64,000 nucleotides of DNA from a virus, in the IMG/VR virus record IMGVR_UViG_3300045988_122441; one strand, 5' to 3'. The translations under genes and the position numbers were made by a program. Under the pieces are notes generated by a model, which saw only the letters and a program-made list of their open reading frames with translations, was not told where the DNA came from and did not search any database. Positions within the stretch are counted from its first letter, which is position 1, and each line of letters starts with the position of its first letter. Shown piece by piece: positions 35,083-43,840 of the stretch.

Positions 35083-35821
35083 ATTTAATGCAAAGGCAGT
35101 AAAAGATGACATCGTAAAATGGATTAGAGAATTCTTTGAGCAGAATGGTAAAGGATGTAGTGCTGTAGTCGGGATCTCCGGAGGAAAGGATTCCAGTGTG
35201 GTTGCAGCTCTGTGCGTAGAGGCTCTCGGCAAAGATAGGGTTTTCGGAGTGCTTATGCCGAATGGGGAGCAAGTTGATATTGAAGCATCGTATTCTCTGG
35301 TAAAGCATCTCGGGATTGACTATTGTGTGGTTAATATTCATGAAGCAATTCGATCACTGAAACATGAAATTAAACCACAGCTCGGAGACCATTGGTCTAT
35401 GCAGACTTCTATAAATCTTCCGGCAAGAATCAGAATGGCTACATTATATGCAGTATCTCAGACGATTGGTGGAAGAGTTGCCAATACATGTAATTTATCA
35501 GAGGACTGGGTTGGTTATGCCACCAGATATGGAGATGGAGCCGGAGATTTCAGTCCGTTATCTAAACTCACGGTAACAGAGGTTAAAGCGATCGGACGAG
35601 AGCTTGGTCTTCCAGAAGAGTTAATTGAAAAGGTTCCTACGGACGGTCTGTGTGGTCATACGGACGAAGACAATCTCGGATTCACGTATGTAGTTCTTGA
35701 TAGATACATTAGAACTGGTGAAATCGATGATATGCATACAAAAGAAAGAATTGATACTATGCATGAAAAGAACCTATTCAAACTGAAGCCTATGCCAACA
35801 TTTGAATACGAAGCGGCATAA
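35075..35821 (+). CDS. nadE: NH3-dependent NAD+ synthetase
   Basis: PP-loop VVGISGGKDSSV plus GDGAGDFSPL and the TDEDNLGFTY blocks characteristic of NadE. Confidence 0.85.
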   Translation: MSKFNAKAVKDDIVKWIREFFEQNGKGCSAVVGISGGKDSSVVAALCVEALGKDRVFGVLMPNGEQVDIEASYSLVKHLGIDYCVVNIHEAIRSLKHEIKPQLGDHWSMQTSINLPARIRMATLYAVSQTIGGRVANTCNLSEDWVGYATRYGDGAGDFSPLSKLTVTEVKAIGRELGLPEELIEKVPTDGLCGHTDEDNLGFTYVVLDRYIRTGEIDDMHTKERIDTMHEKNLFKLKPMPTFEYEAA

Positions 35822-35842
35822 TATTTAGAAAGGATTGATAAT

Positions 35843-36313
35843 ATGTTAGTCCCAGCTGCGCTATATAAGGATGAAATTATCAAAAATTTTAAGAAGCGAT
35901 ATTACACAGAAGACATGATGTATGAAACCGGATGTTTAGAGCAATGGTATCCGAATATTAAGGATATGCCAAGCGAGGGAGAATTTGATTATGCGATTGT
36001 GTGTTGTGATAAGCTAATTGGATATCTTTCTTACAAAGTAGACTACTATTGCTCAAAAGTATATAATTTTGGACTTATGTCATTCGAGAGTGGCAACCCG
36101 ATTATAGGAAGAGATTTGTTCAATAAAATGGAGGAGCTAGTACATCGGTTCCACAGAATTGAATGGAGAATGGTGGGAGGCAATCCGGTTGAGAAGCATT
36201 ATGATAAGTTTTGTGAAAGATATAATGGTAACAAGTATTTCTTAAAAGATGCGATTAGAGATCGAAATGGGAATTACCACGACGACATTATTTATGAAAT
36301 TGTAAATGAATAA
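35843..36313 (+). CDS. GNAT-like acetyltransferase-fold protein (tentative)
   Basis: The pattern LIGYLSYKVD...RIEWRMVGGNPVEKHYDKF..RYNG resembles RimJ/L-like GNATs. No acetyl-CoA motif is clearly readable. Confidence 0.4.
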   Translation: MLVPAALYKDEIIKNFKKRYYTEDMMYETGCLEQWYPNIKDMPSEGEFDYAIVCCDKLIGYLSYKVDYYCSKVYNFGLMSFESGNPIIGRDLFNKMEELVHRFHRIEWRMVGGNPVEKHYDKFCERYNGNKYFLKDAIRDRNGNYHDDIIYEIVNE

Positions 36314-36323
36314 AGGAGAAATT

Positions 36324-37183
36324 ATGGATACATCAGCACTTGCGAAAAGAATGAAAAAGTATGAAGCAGTGCCGAAAAATACGTTAATGAGAAGAACGCC
36401 CGTAATCATCAGAGTTGATGGTCGGGCGTTTCATACTTTTACAAAAGGATTTCAGAAGCCTTTTGATGACGTATTGGTGCGGGTAATGCAGGATACGATG
36501 AAGTATTTATGTGAGAATATACAGGATGTGTGTTTGGATATACGCAGTCCGATGAAATTACACTAATTCTCATAGATTATAAGAAGCTTAATTCAGAAGC
36601 TTGGTTTGCTTATGAGGTGCAGAAAATGTGTAGCATTGTGGCAAGTATGGCTACAATGGCATTCAATAGATTTTTCATGTATGAGTATGAAGAATTCAAT
36701 AGATGGATTTACGAAGGAAGTCCAACAGATGAAGACAAGCGACTAAATGATGTCTATTACAATGCGATGTGTCAAGGAGCAATGTTTGATGCCAGAGTCT
36801 TCAATATTCCAAAAGAAGAAGTTACGAACAATATTTATTGGAGACAGCTTGACGCAAGTAGAAACTCAATTCAGATGCTCGGACAGGCAAATTTTAGCCA
36901 CAGAGAGTTACTGAATAAGACATGTAACCAAATACAGGATATGTTGATGACGCAGCATGGAATTAACTGGAATGACATGGGTACATCTTATAAACGAGGC
37001 AGTTGCTGTGTAAGAAACAGGCGAGTTATCAGCACATCTGCCGACGGTACAGTAACATGTGAAATCAGGAATCCAAAAGAGCCTGAAACAGCGTGGGTTA
37101 TCGACAATGAAATTCCGATTTTCAAAGGAGAAGGCAGAAAATACATCGACGAGCTGATATTTATTGGAGGTGTTGAGATTTGA
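36324..37183 (+). CDS. Thg1-like protein (tRNA-His guanylyltransferase family / 3'-5' polymerase) interrupted by a -1 frameshift near 36522-36526
   Basis: Frame 1 gives IIRVDGRAFHTFTKGF.KPFD...MQDTMKYLCENIQ. The -1 frame continues GCVFGYTQSDEITLIL. Joined together they reproduce the conserved Thg1/TLP core (RxDGxxFHxF...G.x.YxQSDEIS). Confidence 0.75.
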
Positions 37184-38016
37184 AATGGTCAGAAGCAAAG
37201 GAAAAATCAGCAGATAAGACATGGGCGTTTTTGGAACTGCGACCGACAGGTAAGGTAGTATCCAAAGAACAGTATGAATATGTGCTTTATTACGCAAAGC
37301 AAACAGGTATTGATACCAGGTACATAAGAACATTCGAGGAAGAAAAGGGCAAATATCTCAGACTTGGAAGTTGGTTCGGCGGAGCCAGCTATTATTTCTA
37401 CTTTGCAGAACAGCCAGAAGGCGTATCGGAAACTGCTGAGAGAAATGAATTTGGAGCTTATACAAAATGCACAGAGTATTACGAGGATTTCTCATACGGA
37501 AAGTTTGGGGCTATCACATTTGAAGAAACGACTCAGAAGGTAAAGTGTAAAAGATGTGGTGGACATGGCGTGCTTCCTATTGGAAAGAATATCCGAGGAG
37601 TTATGAAATGTAATGTTTGTGGTGGCAGTGGCGAAGTTGAAGTGGATGCGCCGGTTTATGAAACGAATATGAAGAAGGCTATCCTGTTTGATTATTGCTT
37701 TGAGGCTCCGGAAGAGTTAGTGAATTTCTGCAAGACTATCGGATATAGTAATCCTGATTTTGCAAATGACTTTGACCTTATGTTCGATCAGAGAGTGATT
37801 GAATTCTGCGAAAAGCGTCTGGAACCACTTTGGAGTGAGAAAGTGTATAAGGGAAGAGAAAGTTATGCATTTCGATGTGGCTTTGCAGGAGCCGGATACA
37901 TAAGAGAGATTGATACTTCAAGAGTTTGGAACTTACGACATAATAATGTGGACGCTCCGATTATTAATTATGTAGAAGTAAGCACGAACAAGTATGGATA
38001 TTTGTCCGTATTATAG
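37180..38016 (+). CDS. Hypothetical protein with DnaJ-type zinc finger
   Basis: CKRCGGHGVLP...CNVCGGSGEV carries two CxxCxGxG repeats. Confidence 0.55.
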   Translation: MKWSEAKEKSADKTWAFLELRPTGKVVSKEQYEYVLYYAKQTGIDTRYIRTFEEEKGKYLRLGSWFGGASYYFYFAEQPEGVSETAERNEFGAYTKCTEYYEDFSYGKFGAITFEETTQKVKCKRCGGHGVLPIGKNIRGVMKCNVCGGSGEVEVDAPVYETNMKKAILFDYCFEAPEELVNFCKTIGYSNPDFANDFDLMFDQRVIEFCEKRLEPLWSEKVYKGRESYAFRCGFAGAGYIREIDTSRVWNLRHNNVDAPIINYVEVSTNKYGYLSVL

Positions 38017-38025
38017 GAGGAATTT

Positions 38026-39225
38026 ATGATTTACTTAGATAATTCAGCAACGACTCCGATTCACCCGGAGGTGCTCAAAGCGATGATGCCGTACTTAAAG
38101 GGTGGATATGGGAACGCCGGGGCTGTTTATAGAATTGGACGAGAGTCTGCAAAGGCTATTCAGAAAGCAAGAGAGCAGGTTGCTCAGTTATTTAATGCTT
38201 CTGCAGATCAGATTGTATTCACATCTGGGGGAAGCGAAGGAAATAATATGGTGTTCTCATACGGCATGAGATGTATGCTTGAAGAGCGAGGAAAGAAACA
38301 TGTTGTAATTTCTCAGATCGAGCATGATTCAGTATATGAAGCAGCAACCCATATGTTTAAGCCGTCTGGAAAAGTGAATATAAAAGACGACTTTTATACA
38401 CAGTTTATACATACAAAAAGCGACGGAACGGTCGATGTAAAGCATTTAGAGGCATTATTAGACGAAGATGAGAGCATTGGTCTTGTGTCGGTAATGTATG
38501 TAAACAATGAAACTGGCGCAGTCAATCCAATTAATCATATAGGAGAGATATGCAGAGACAGGGGAATTCTGTTCCATACCGACTGTGTACAGGCAGCAGG
38601 ATGCCATCCGATTGATGCTAACATAATCGGGTGTGATTTTGCAACGATATCCGGTCATAAAATATATGCCCCCAAAGGTATCGGAGCTATATATATTAAA
38701 GATAAGACTCTTGCACGTTCATTAATATATGGCGGCACTAATCAGGAATTTGGTCTTCGTGGAGGAACAGAAAATGTGGCGAGTATAGTTGGTTTGGGAA
38801 AGGCGTGTGACTTAATTTGCTCAGATTTTGGCACACAGAGAGTGACGGTATCCCTGCTTAAACGGTTGTTTTATGAGAATATGACATCTTATTTGAAGGA
38901 ATTGAACCTTGAAGACAGGATTCATGTCAACGGTGCTTCTGTAGGCGATGTAGGTAAAACATTAAATCTTAGAGTTGAAGATATCGACAGTGAAACGCTA
39001 CTTTTGATGTTAGATGCAAAAGGAGTGTGTATATCTGCAGGATCTGCCTGCCATAGTCATAGGTCAGAGCCGAGTAGAGTGTTGACAGCTATGGGGCTTT
39101 CTGATGATGAGGCGAGGGATTCGGTAAGAATATCGTTTTCGTCTACCAACACGCCAGCTGAGATCGAAGAGGCTGCTGCAATATTTTCATCATGCATTAA
39201 AACATTAGCCGGATTGCAGAGGTAG
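38026..39225 (+). CDS. Cysteine desulfurase (NifS/IscS, class V aminotransferase)
   Basis: IYLDNSATTP, FTSGGSEGNN, PLP-lysine ISGHKIYAPKGIGAIY, and active-site loop SAGSACHS. Confidence 0.9.
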   Translation: MIYLDNSATTPIHPEVLKAMMPYLKGGYGNAGAVYRIGRESAKAIQKAREQVAQLFNASADQIVFTSGGSEGNNMVFSYGMRCMLEERGKKHVVISQIEHDSVYEAATHMFKPSGKVNIKDDFYTQFIHTKSDGTVDVKHLEALLDEDESIGLVSVMYVNNETGAVNPINHIGEICRDRGILFHTDCVQAAGCHPIDANIIGCDFATISGHKIYAPKGIGAIYIKDKTLARSLIYGGTNQEFGLRGGTENVASIVGLGKACDLICSDFGTQRVTVSLLKRLFYENMTSYLKELNLEDRIHVNGASVGDVGKTLNLRVEDIDSETLLLMLDAKGVCISAGSACHSHRSEPSRVLTAMGLSDDEARDSVRISFSSTNTPAEIEEAAAIFSSCIKTLAGLQR

Positions 39226-39259
39226 GGCTTTAATGGTAGAATAAAGGAGGTTACAGTAC

Positions 39260-39658
39260 ATGGAAGCATTAAGAAATCAGATTGATTTGAGCTTTTTAAA
39301 TTCTTCTGATAAGAAATGGATTACGGATACGGCAGATGACGTATTGAAAAAGAATCCAGATACAGACAAAGCACGTATCTGCCAGATGCTGTATAGTTAT
39401 CTGGCTTTACGACATATAACAAAAGGTAGAAATGTGAAAGTGAAGTACGAGCTGTTTGAGCCGTCTAAAAATATGGGCTATATCAGTGTGACAGGAAGAA
39501 AAATTGATTATCAGAATAGTAAGGTATTCAAAACTGTTACAGCATTGGCAACGAATTTTGAAGCTTATCCAAAAACAAACGGTACAGTTCAGCTCAACTT
39601 CACGTTTCACAAATTAAGAAAGAAGCGAGGAGATGGTTGCAATGGAAAGTGTGATTAA
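39260..39658 (+). CDS. Hypothetical protein (132 aa)
   Basis: RBS aaaggagg upstream. Confidence 0.5.
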   Translation: MEALRNQIDLSFLNSSDKKWITDTADDVLKKNPDTDKARICQMLYSYLALRHITKGRNVKVKYELFEPSKNMGYISVTGRKIDYQNSKVFKTVTALATNFEAYPKTNGTVQLNFTFHKLRKKRGDGCNGKCD

Positions 39659-40001
39659 GTGTTTTGACGTAGTAAATATGGTGGTTGAAGAGGCGAGTGA
39701 CAGATTTAAACCATTATGGAAAGTCGATAAGGAGAAGCTGGATATCCTTCATGAGTATTGTGATGCGATTGACGGGATCTTAAAAGAGTTTGCAGGAGAT
39801 TCGGTCGATGTAGATATTGATGAAATTAAGATGACAATCAGTATTACGATTGAATGCGAAGATTTAACAATCGAATCAAAAGAGCATCAGTTCCATCAGC
39901 TTGTAGAAAGAGCTGTCAAGTTTTGCTTTTCAAAATCATCAGAGAGAGAAGCAATGTGTGTGAACTTTGTGTTCCCGAGTGTTTGGGATAAAGCAATGTA
40001 G
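39642..40001 (+). CDS. Hypothetical protein (119 aa)
   Basis: Internal ATG overlapping the upstream gene end. Confidence 0.5.
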   Translation: MESVIKCFDVVNMVVEEASDRFKPLWKVDKEKLDILHEYCDAIDGILKEFAGDSVDVDIDEIKMTISITIECEDLTIESKEHQFHQLVERAVKFCFSKSSEREAMCVNFVFPSVWDKAM

Positions 40002-40017
40002 GCTGGAGGTAACCTGC

Positions 40018-40248
40018 GTGAACAATAAGAGACGAGAACTGTTAAGAAATGCGACAGATTTGCTCGGTAAGGCATCCAATATGGTTCAATCGGCATTAGA
40101 TTCAGAGCAAGATTGCCTTGATAATATGCCAGAGAATTTATTGGATAGTGAGAGATGTCAAAAAATGGAGGACGCAATAGAAAGATTAGAGGAGGCTGTG
40201 GAGCAGATCGATAGCGCAAAGGATTGTATCAATGAAGCCTCCGCATAG
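40018..40248 (+). CDS. Hypothetical small helical protein
   Basis: GTG start after RBS ctggaggt. Confidence 0.45.
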   Translation: MNNKRRELLRNATDLLGKASNMVQSALDSEQDCLDNMPENLLDSERCQKMEDAIERLEEAVEQIDSAKDCINEASA

Positions 40249-40259
40249 GAGGTAAAGGT

Positions 40260-40868
40260 ATGTGGAGTTTATTTGGATTGTTGGCGGTTGGTGGGTTTAC
40301 TTTGACAAAATATATCAGTGATTCTTCAACAACTAAGGCTGTTGAGTTGAAAAGAGAAAAAGCTGAAAATATTAATAAACTATTAGAGATGACATATAAC
40401 GATGAAATTTCTCTCGACGAATCACTCAAGGATGACGAATGCAGAGAAAATTTGCTATCATCAATCAGTGATGACATGGAATATATATACGGTAAACGAT
40501 GGCATAGTTTGCTTGAAAATTCAACATATTCATCTGCGATTTATGATGAGCTGAATACGATATGGGGAATTGTATTTCATCTCTTGTGCGCCAAAAATGG
40601 CAAAATAGTGCTGAATCAGAGAAACTATTCATTAGCTGGCAATCCAGAACTCTGCGAACAAAAGGTACGAACGTGCAAGATAATCGAACGATATATAAAA
40701 GACAGGCATCAAAATCTGGAATTGGTGTTTGTACCTGGATGGAAAATTTCAACATCATCGACGAAATTAGAATATCATGAAGAGATTTGCATGGGGAAAC
40801 TTTGGTGGAAACATAATCTTCCGGTATTGAACAAAGAGCAAACTTCGTATGTTAAAAAGCTATGGTAG
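40260..40868 (+). CDS. Membrane-anchored hypothetical protein (202 aa)
   Basis: RBS aggaggtaaagg. N-terminal TM WSLFGLLAVGGFTL. Confidence 0.55.
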   Translation: MWSLFGLLAVGGFTLTKYISDSSTTKAVELKREKAENINKLLEMTYNDEISLDESLKDDECRENLLSSISDDMEYIYGKRWHSLLENSTYSSAIYDELNTIWGIVFHLLCAKNGKIVLNQRNYSLAGNPELCEQKVRTCKIIERYIKDRHQNLELVFVPGWKISTSSTKLEYHEEICMGKLWWKHNLPVLNKEQTSYVKKLW

Positions 40869-40891
40869 TTTTTCCAACTATCGAAATTTCA

Positions 40892-40920
40892 TTGACAGTC
40901 AACTCTTTATATGCTAAAAT
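40892..40920 (+). promoter_or_regulatory. Sigma-70/SigA-type promoter
   Basis: TTGACA (40892-40897), a 17-nt spacer ending in TGc, then TAAAAT (40915-40920). Confidence 0.65.
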
Positions 40921-41184
40921 TAGACTAAACCGAACAAACGTTCGCTGAATGACAAAATAGAATTGCATAAAAAGTAGCCGTGCAACAACCACGAAACACG
41001 GCTACAACCAGCGTTGCGACAACAACACCACAAAGATCACGCTTATACAGCAACAATAAGCGTGTATTAACACGTAATGGAGAAATATGCCACTACGATT
41101 GGAATACATGCCCACTATTAGAACACATATTCTGATTGTAGTATGCCACACCACTGCGAAAAAGTCAATGGAGGAATGCTACGA

Positions 41185-41568
41185 ATGAATGGAAAAAATG
41201 GAAATAATAGAACAAAGATCCTGCTTGTCGATTTATTAGAATATATTGCAAAGTATCAATATGCTAGATATATTTTTTCAAGTCACTATAATGATGAGTG
41301 TTTGAATGAGAATGTAAATAAACACACTCTTAGGATGAATCTGGTATTTAAAGAAATGTCTATCAAATTCAATCCAAATCAAATTTTACTGTATAATTTC
41401 ATGGATTTTAAGTCAACAGATTCCCAGTACGTTATACTTGATAGGGTGAAATATGCCAGAATAAAAGAGATGGCGACGGGAATAAAGATAGATTTTGTGA
41501 GTGGAAATCTATTAGATGATATTGATAATCATACATATACCGTATTTGCGGAGTTTGTAACTAGGTAA
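41185..41568 (+). CDS. Hypothetical protein (127 aa)
   Basis: ATG after RBS tggaggaa. The longer track ORF begins inside the leader. Confidence 0.5.
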   Translation: MNGKNGNNRTKILLVDLLEYIAKYQYARYIFSSHYNDECLNENVNKHTLRMNLVFKEMSIKFNPNQILLYNFMDFKSTDSQYVILDRVKYARIKEMATGIKIDFVSGNLLDDIDNHTYTVFAEFVTR

Positions 41569-41582
41569 ATTATTTTTTTAGC

Positions 41583-41611
41583 TTGACAAAAAGGGCGTGG
41601 TATGCTATTCT
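41583..41611 (+). promoter_or_regulatory. Sigma-70/SigA-type promoter
   Basis: TTGACA (41583-41588), a 17-nt spacer ending in TGc, then TATTCT (41606-41611). Confidence 0.6.
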
Positions 41612-41661
41612 TTAACTGTAAACAAAACAGAAATAAATTACAGTGAAAGGAGTGGCAACCT

Positions 41662-42090
41662 TTGAAGAGCAGTAATAATACAAAAAATCCGAAGATCGGA
41701 GATATCTATCTTGTGTATTTCGACGGTAGTGGAAATGAACAAAAAGGATTTAGACCTGGATTGGTATTCCAGAACAATGTGGGAAATGAACACAGCCCTA
41801 ACTTAATAGTTTTACCACTTACGAGTGCGCTGAAGAAGACTAATCAGCCAACACATGTATTTATTCCAAAGGAGGTTGGACTCCGGAAGGATAGCATGGT
41901 ATTATGTGAGAATCCGAAATGTATGTCAAAATACAAACTTGGAGAGTATATCACTACATTACCAGAAGAATATATGGCACAAGTTGCCGTTGGTAATATA
42001 TTGTCTTCATCAGCAATAGCGTTCATTGATCCGGATTTACTGATGAGCGTTTGGCAGAAGGCGTTAGCATTAAATGCGATAGCTAATTAG
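41662..42090 (+). CDS. MazF/PemK-family endoribonuclease toxin-like protein
   Basis: PKIGDIYLVYFDGSGNEQKGFRPGLVFQNN...NLIVLPLTS is the typical PemK/MazF N-terminal SH3-like barrel pattern. TTG start after RBS aaaggagtgg. Confidence 0.75.
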   Translation: MKSSNNTKNPKIGDIYLVYFDGSGNEQKGFRPGLVFQNNVGNEHSPNLIVLPLTSALKKTNQPTHVFIPKEVGLRKDSMVLCENPKCMSKYKLGEYITTLPEEYMAQVAVGNILSSSAIAFIDPDLLMSVWQKALALNAIAN

Positions 42091-42099
42091 GAGGGACGC

Positions 42100-43056
42100 A
42101 TGTATAATGAAAAAGTAAAACATCAGTTTATGAAAGAACAAATGGAGGCTACTCCGTGGAAGATGAATTTGTGTGAGCTAATATTTAATAGCACACAAGA
42201 ATATGAGGAAGAGTGGGATGCCGATCTGTGTACCAAATCAGCTGAGGAACTTCAACCTATGCTAAGCCAAATAACGGGATTCAGAGCTAGAAGCAAATGG
42301 TCAAGGCTTATCATACTCAAAGACTATGTTAAATGGTGCATAGAAATGGGAGTAGACGGTGCTTGTCCTGGAATGTTGGAAGTTCAAACGGTTGGATTGG
42401 ATAAGGTAAAACAGCAGACAGTTGCAAATCCGAAACATCTGCAAGGCTATTTAGATGCGATATGCGAACCTGCGGACAAGAAAGCTACGGATAATATATA
42501 TCGATGTTACTATTGGCTGGCATATGCTGGTATGGCAGAAGAAGATATACTAAATGTAAAATGTTCAGATGTTGACTTTGCAAAACTTAGGGTGAATTAC
42601 GAATCACGATACACGGTTGTTCCAATTTACCCTGAGAGCCTAGATGCTTTCCATAACTGTGCAGAATTAAATCAATTCCTATTTGTGCATCCGAACTATT
42701 CTAAAGAAATATGGAAGGCTAGGGCAGAAGGAGATACATTGATCCGAGGTATTAAATCAGTACCTACATTAAAAGCTTTGAGGGTAGAATTATCGAGAAG
42801 ATCAAAGCAGAACAGCGACAAGACGCCGCTGAAGTTGAGCTATTTCAGAGTATGGATATCTGGAGTATTCTATAGAATGTATGAGCAGGAGATAATAGGA
42901 GTTCCACCAGATTTCAACGCCATAGCATATCAACAGATGGAAGGAAAGACTTATAAACTGGATAGCGGAAGAAACACAATGGAAGCAAAGCGCAGACAGC
43001 TTGTAAGAGATTACGAAGAAGACTACGAAAGATGGAAACTTGCGTGGTTTTTATAA
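42100..43056 (+). CDS. Tyrosine-recombinase-fold protein with degenerate catalytic residues (possible MrpR-like regulator)
   Basis: The N-terminal SAM-like/core-binding-type helices and LAYAGMAEEDILNVKCSDVDF resemble the box I region of integrases, but the Arg is replaced. No H-x-x-R or terminal Tyr motif is visible. Confidence 0.35.
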   Translation: MYNEKVKHQFMKEQMEATPWKMNLCELIFNSTQEYEEEWDADLCTKSAEELQPMLSQITGFRARSKWSRLIILKDYVKWCIEMGVDGACPGMLEVQTVGLDKVKQQTVANPKHLQGYLDAICEPADKKATDNIYRCYYWLAYAGMAEEDILNVKCSDVDFAKLRVNYESRYTVVPIYPESLDAFHNCAELNQFLFVHPNYSKEIWKARAEGDTLIRGIKSVPTLKALRVELSRRSKQNSDKTPLKLSYFRVWISGVFYRMYEQEIIGVPPDFNAIAYQQMEGKTYKLDSGRNTMEAKRRQLVRDYEEDYERWKLAWFL

Positions 43057-43117
43057 TATTATTTGAGCAATAGCTCAGTTGATCGCCTACTGTGAAGTGG
43101 GCTTTCAATTACATACA

Positions 43118-43140
43118 TCAAGCTAATTAAATAATTTACA
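43118..43140 (+). promoter_or_regulatory. 23-bp conserved intergenic motif, copy 1 (TCAAGCTAATTAAATAATTTACA)
   Basis: 22/23 identical to the copies at 47378 and 52924. It lies 1 nt upstream of tRNA-Gln. Confidence 0.5.
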
Positions 43141-43141
43141 T

Positions 43142-43213
43142 AGGGGTATAGCCAAGCGGTAAGGCACAGGAATTTGACTCCTGCATTCGTCGGTTCAAAT
43201 CCGACTACCTCTG
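43142..43213 (+). tRNA. tRNA-Gln (anticodon TTG)
   Basis: Cloverleaf: acceptor aggggta/tacctct (one G:U), D arm gcc-aagcggtaa-ggc, anticodon arm cagga-atTTGac-tcctg, T arm gtcgg-ttcaaat-ccgac. The overall sequence is close to bacterial tRNA-Gln. Confidence 0.85.
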
Positions 43214-43259
43214 CTCGGACGTAAAAACGTCCAAAAAATAATCTGAAAGGAGAACGTCA

Positions 43260-43838
43260 ATGCTGACAGAAACAAAAAGAGTTGAAAACCATGACAGAGT
43301 TGTGGAACTTCTGAATTCAGTAGAAAGAGATGGTATCTCTGATTTACTGAAATGGCTTGAGGAATCTGATTTCTTCACAGCACCTGCATCTCGTGCATAT
43401 CATGGAGCCTACATCGGAGGTTTATGCGAACACTCTCTGAATGTCTATGACGAAGCAAAGAGATTGTTATCAGCATATCCAGAGGTAGAGGTTTCTGACG
43501 AAACAGTGATTATTTCTGCACTGCTTCATGATTTATGCAAGGTCAATTTTTACGCAACAGAAAAGAGAAATCGTAAAAATAGCGAGACAGGTCAGTGGGA
43601 AAGCTATGATGCATTCACCATTAAAGAGAAGTTCTGCTATGGAGGTCATGGCAGTAAATCGGTATTTCTTGCTCAGAACTTTATCAAACTGACACCTACA
43701 GAGGCAATCGCAATTAACTGCCATATGGGTTCTTGGGATGGCAATAAAGATGTTGGAAGCGCATATGAAAAATACTGGTTTGCATGGCTGCTGCATGTTG
43801 CAGATGAAAGTGCTACATATATCAAAGAGGGAGAATAA
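43260..43838 (+). CDS. HD-domain phosphohydrolase (YhaM-like HD module)
   Basis: ASRAYHGAYIGGLCEHSLNV and ALLHDLCK (the H...HD motif). Confidence 0.7.
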   Translation: MLTETKRVENHDRVVELLNSVERDGISDLLKWLEESDFFTAPASRAYHGAYIGGLCEHSLNVYDEAKRLLSAYPEVEVSDETVIISALLHDLCKVNFYATEKRNRKNSETGQWESYDAFTIKEKFCYGGHGSKSVFLAQNFIKLTPTEAIAINCHMGSWDGNKDVGSAYEKYWFAWLLHVADESATYIKEGE

Positions 43839-43840
43839 GA

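Noticed and set aside
36306-37183. Track ORFs 36306-36566 and 36530-37183 might be two independent genes.
   Set aside because: The first ends and the second begins in the middle of one conserved Thg1-like core (…CENIQ | GCVFGYTQSDE…). The second has no RBS. One frameshifted gene is the better explanation.
40921-41661. A type III (ToxIN-like) toxin-antitoxin system with an RNA-repeat antitoxin upstream of the MazF-like gene.
   Set aside because: There are no tandem direct repeats of about 30-40 nt. The atgccac and CA-rich repeats are irregular, and a protein-coding ORF and a separate promoter lie between them and the toxin gene.
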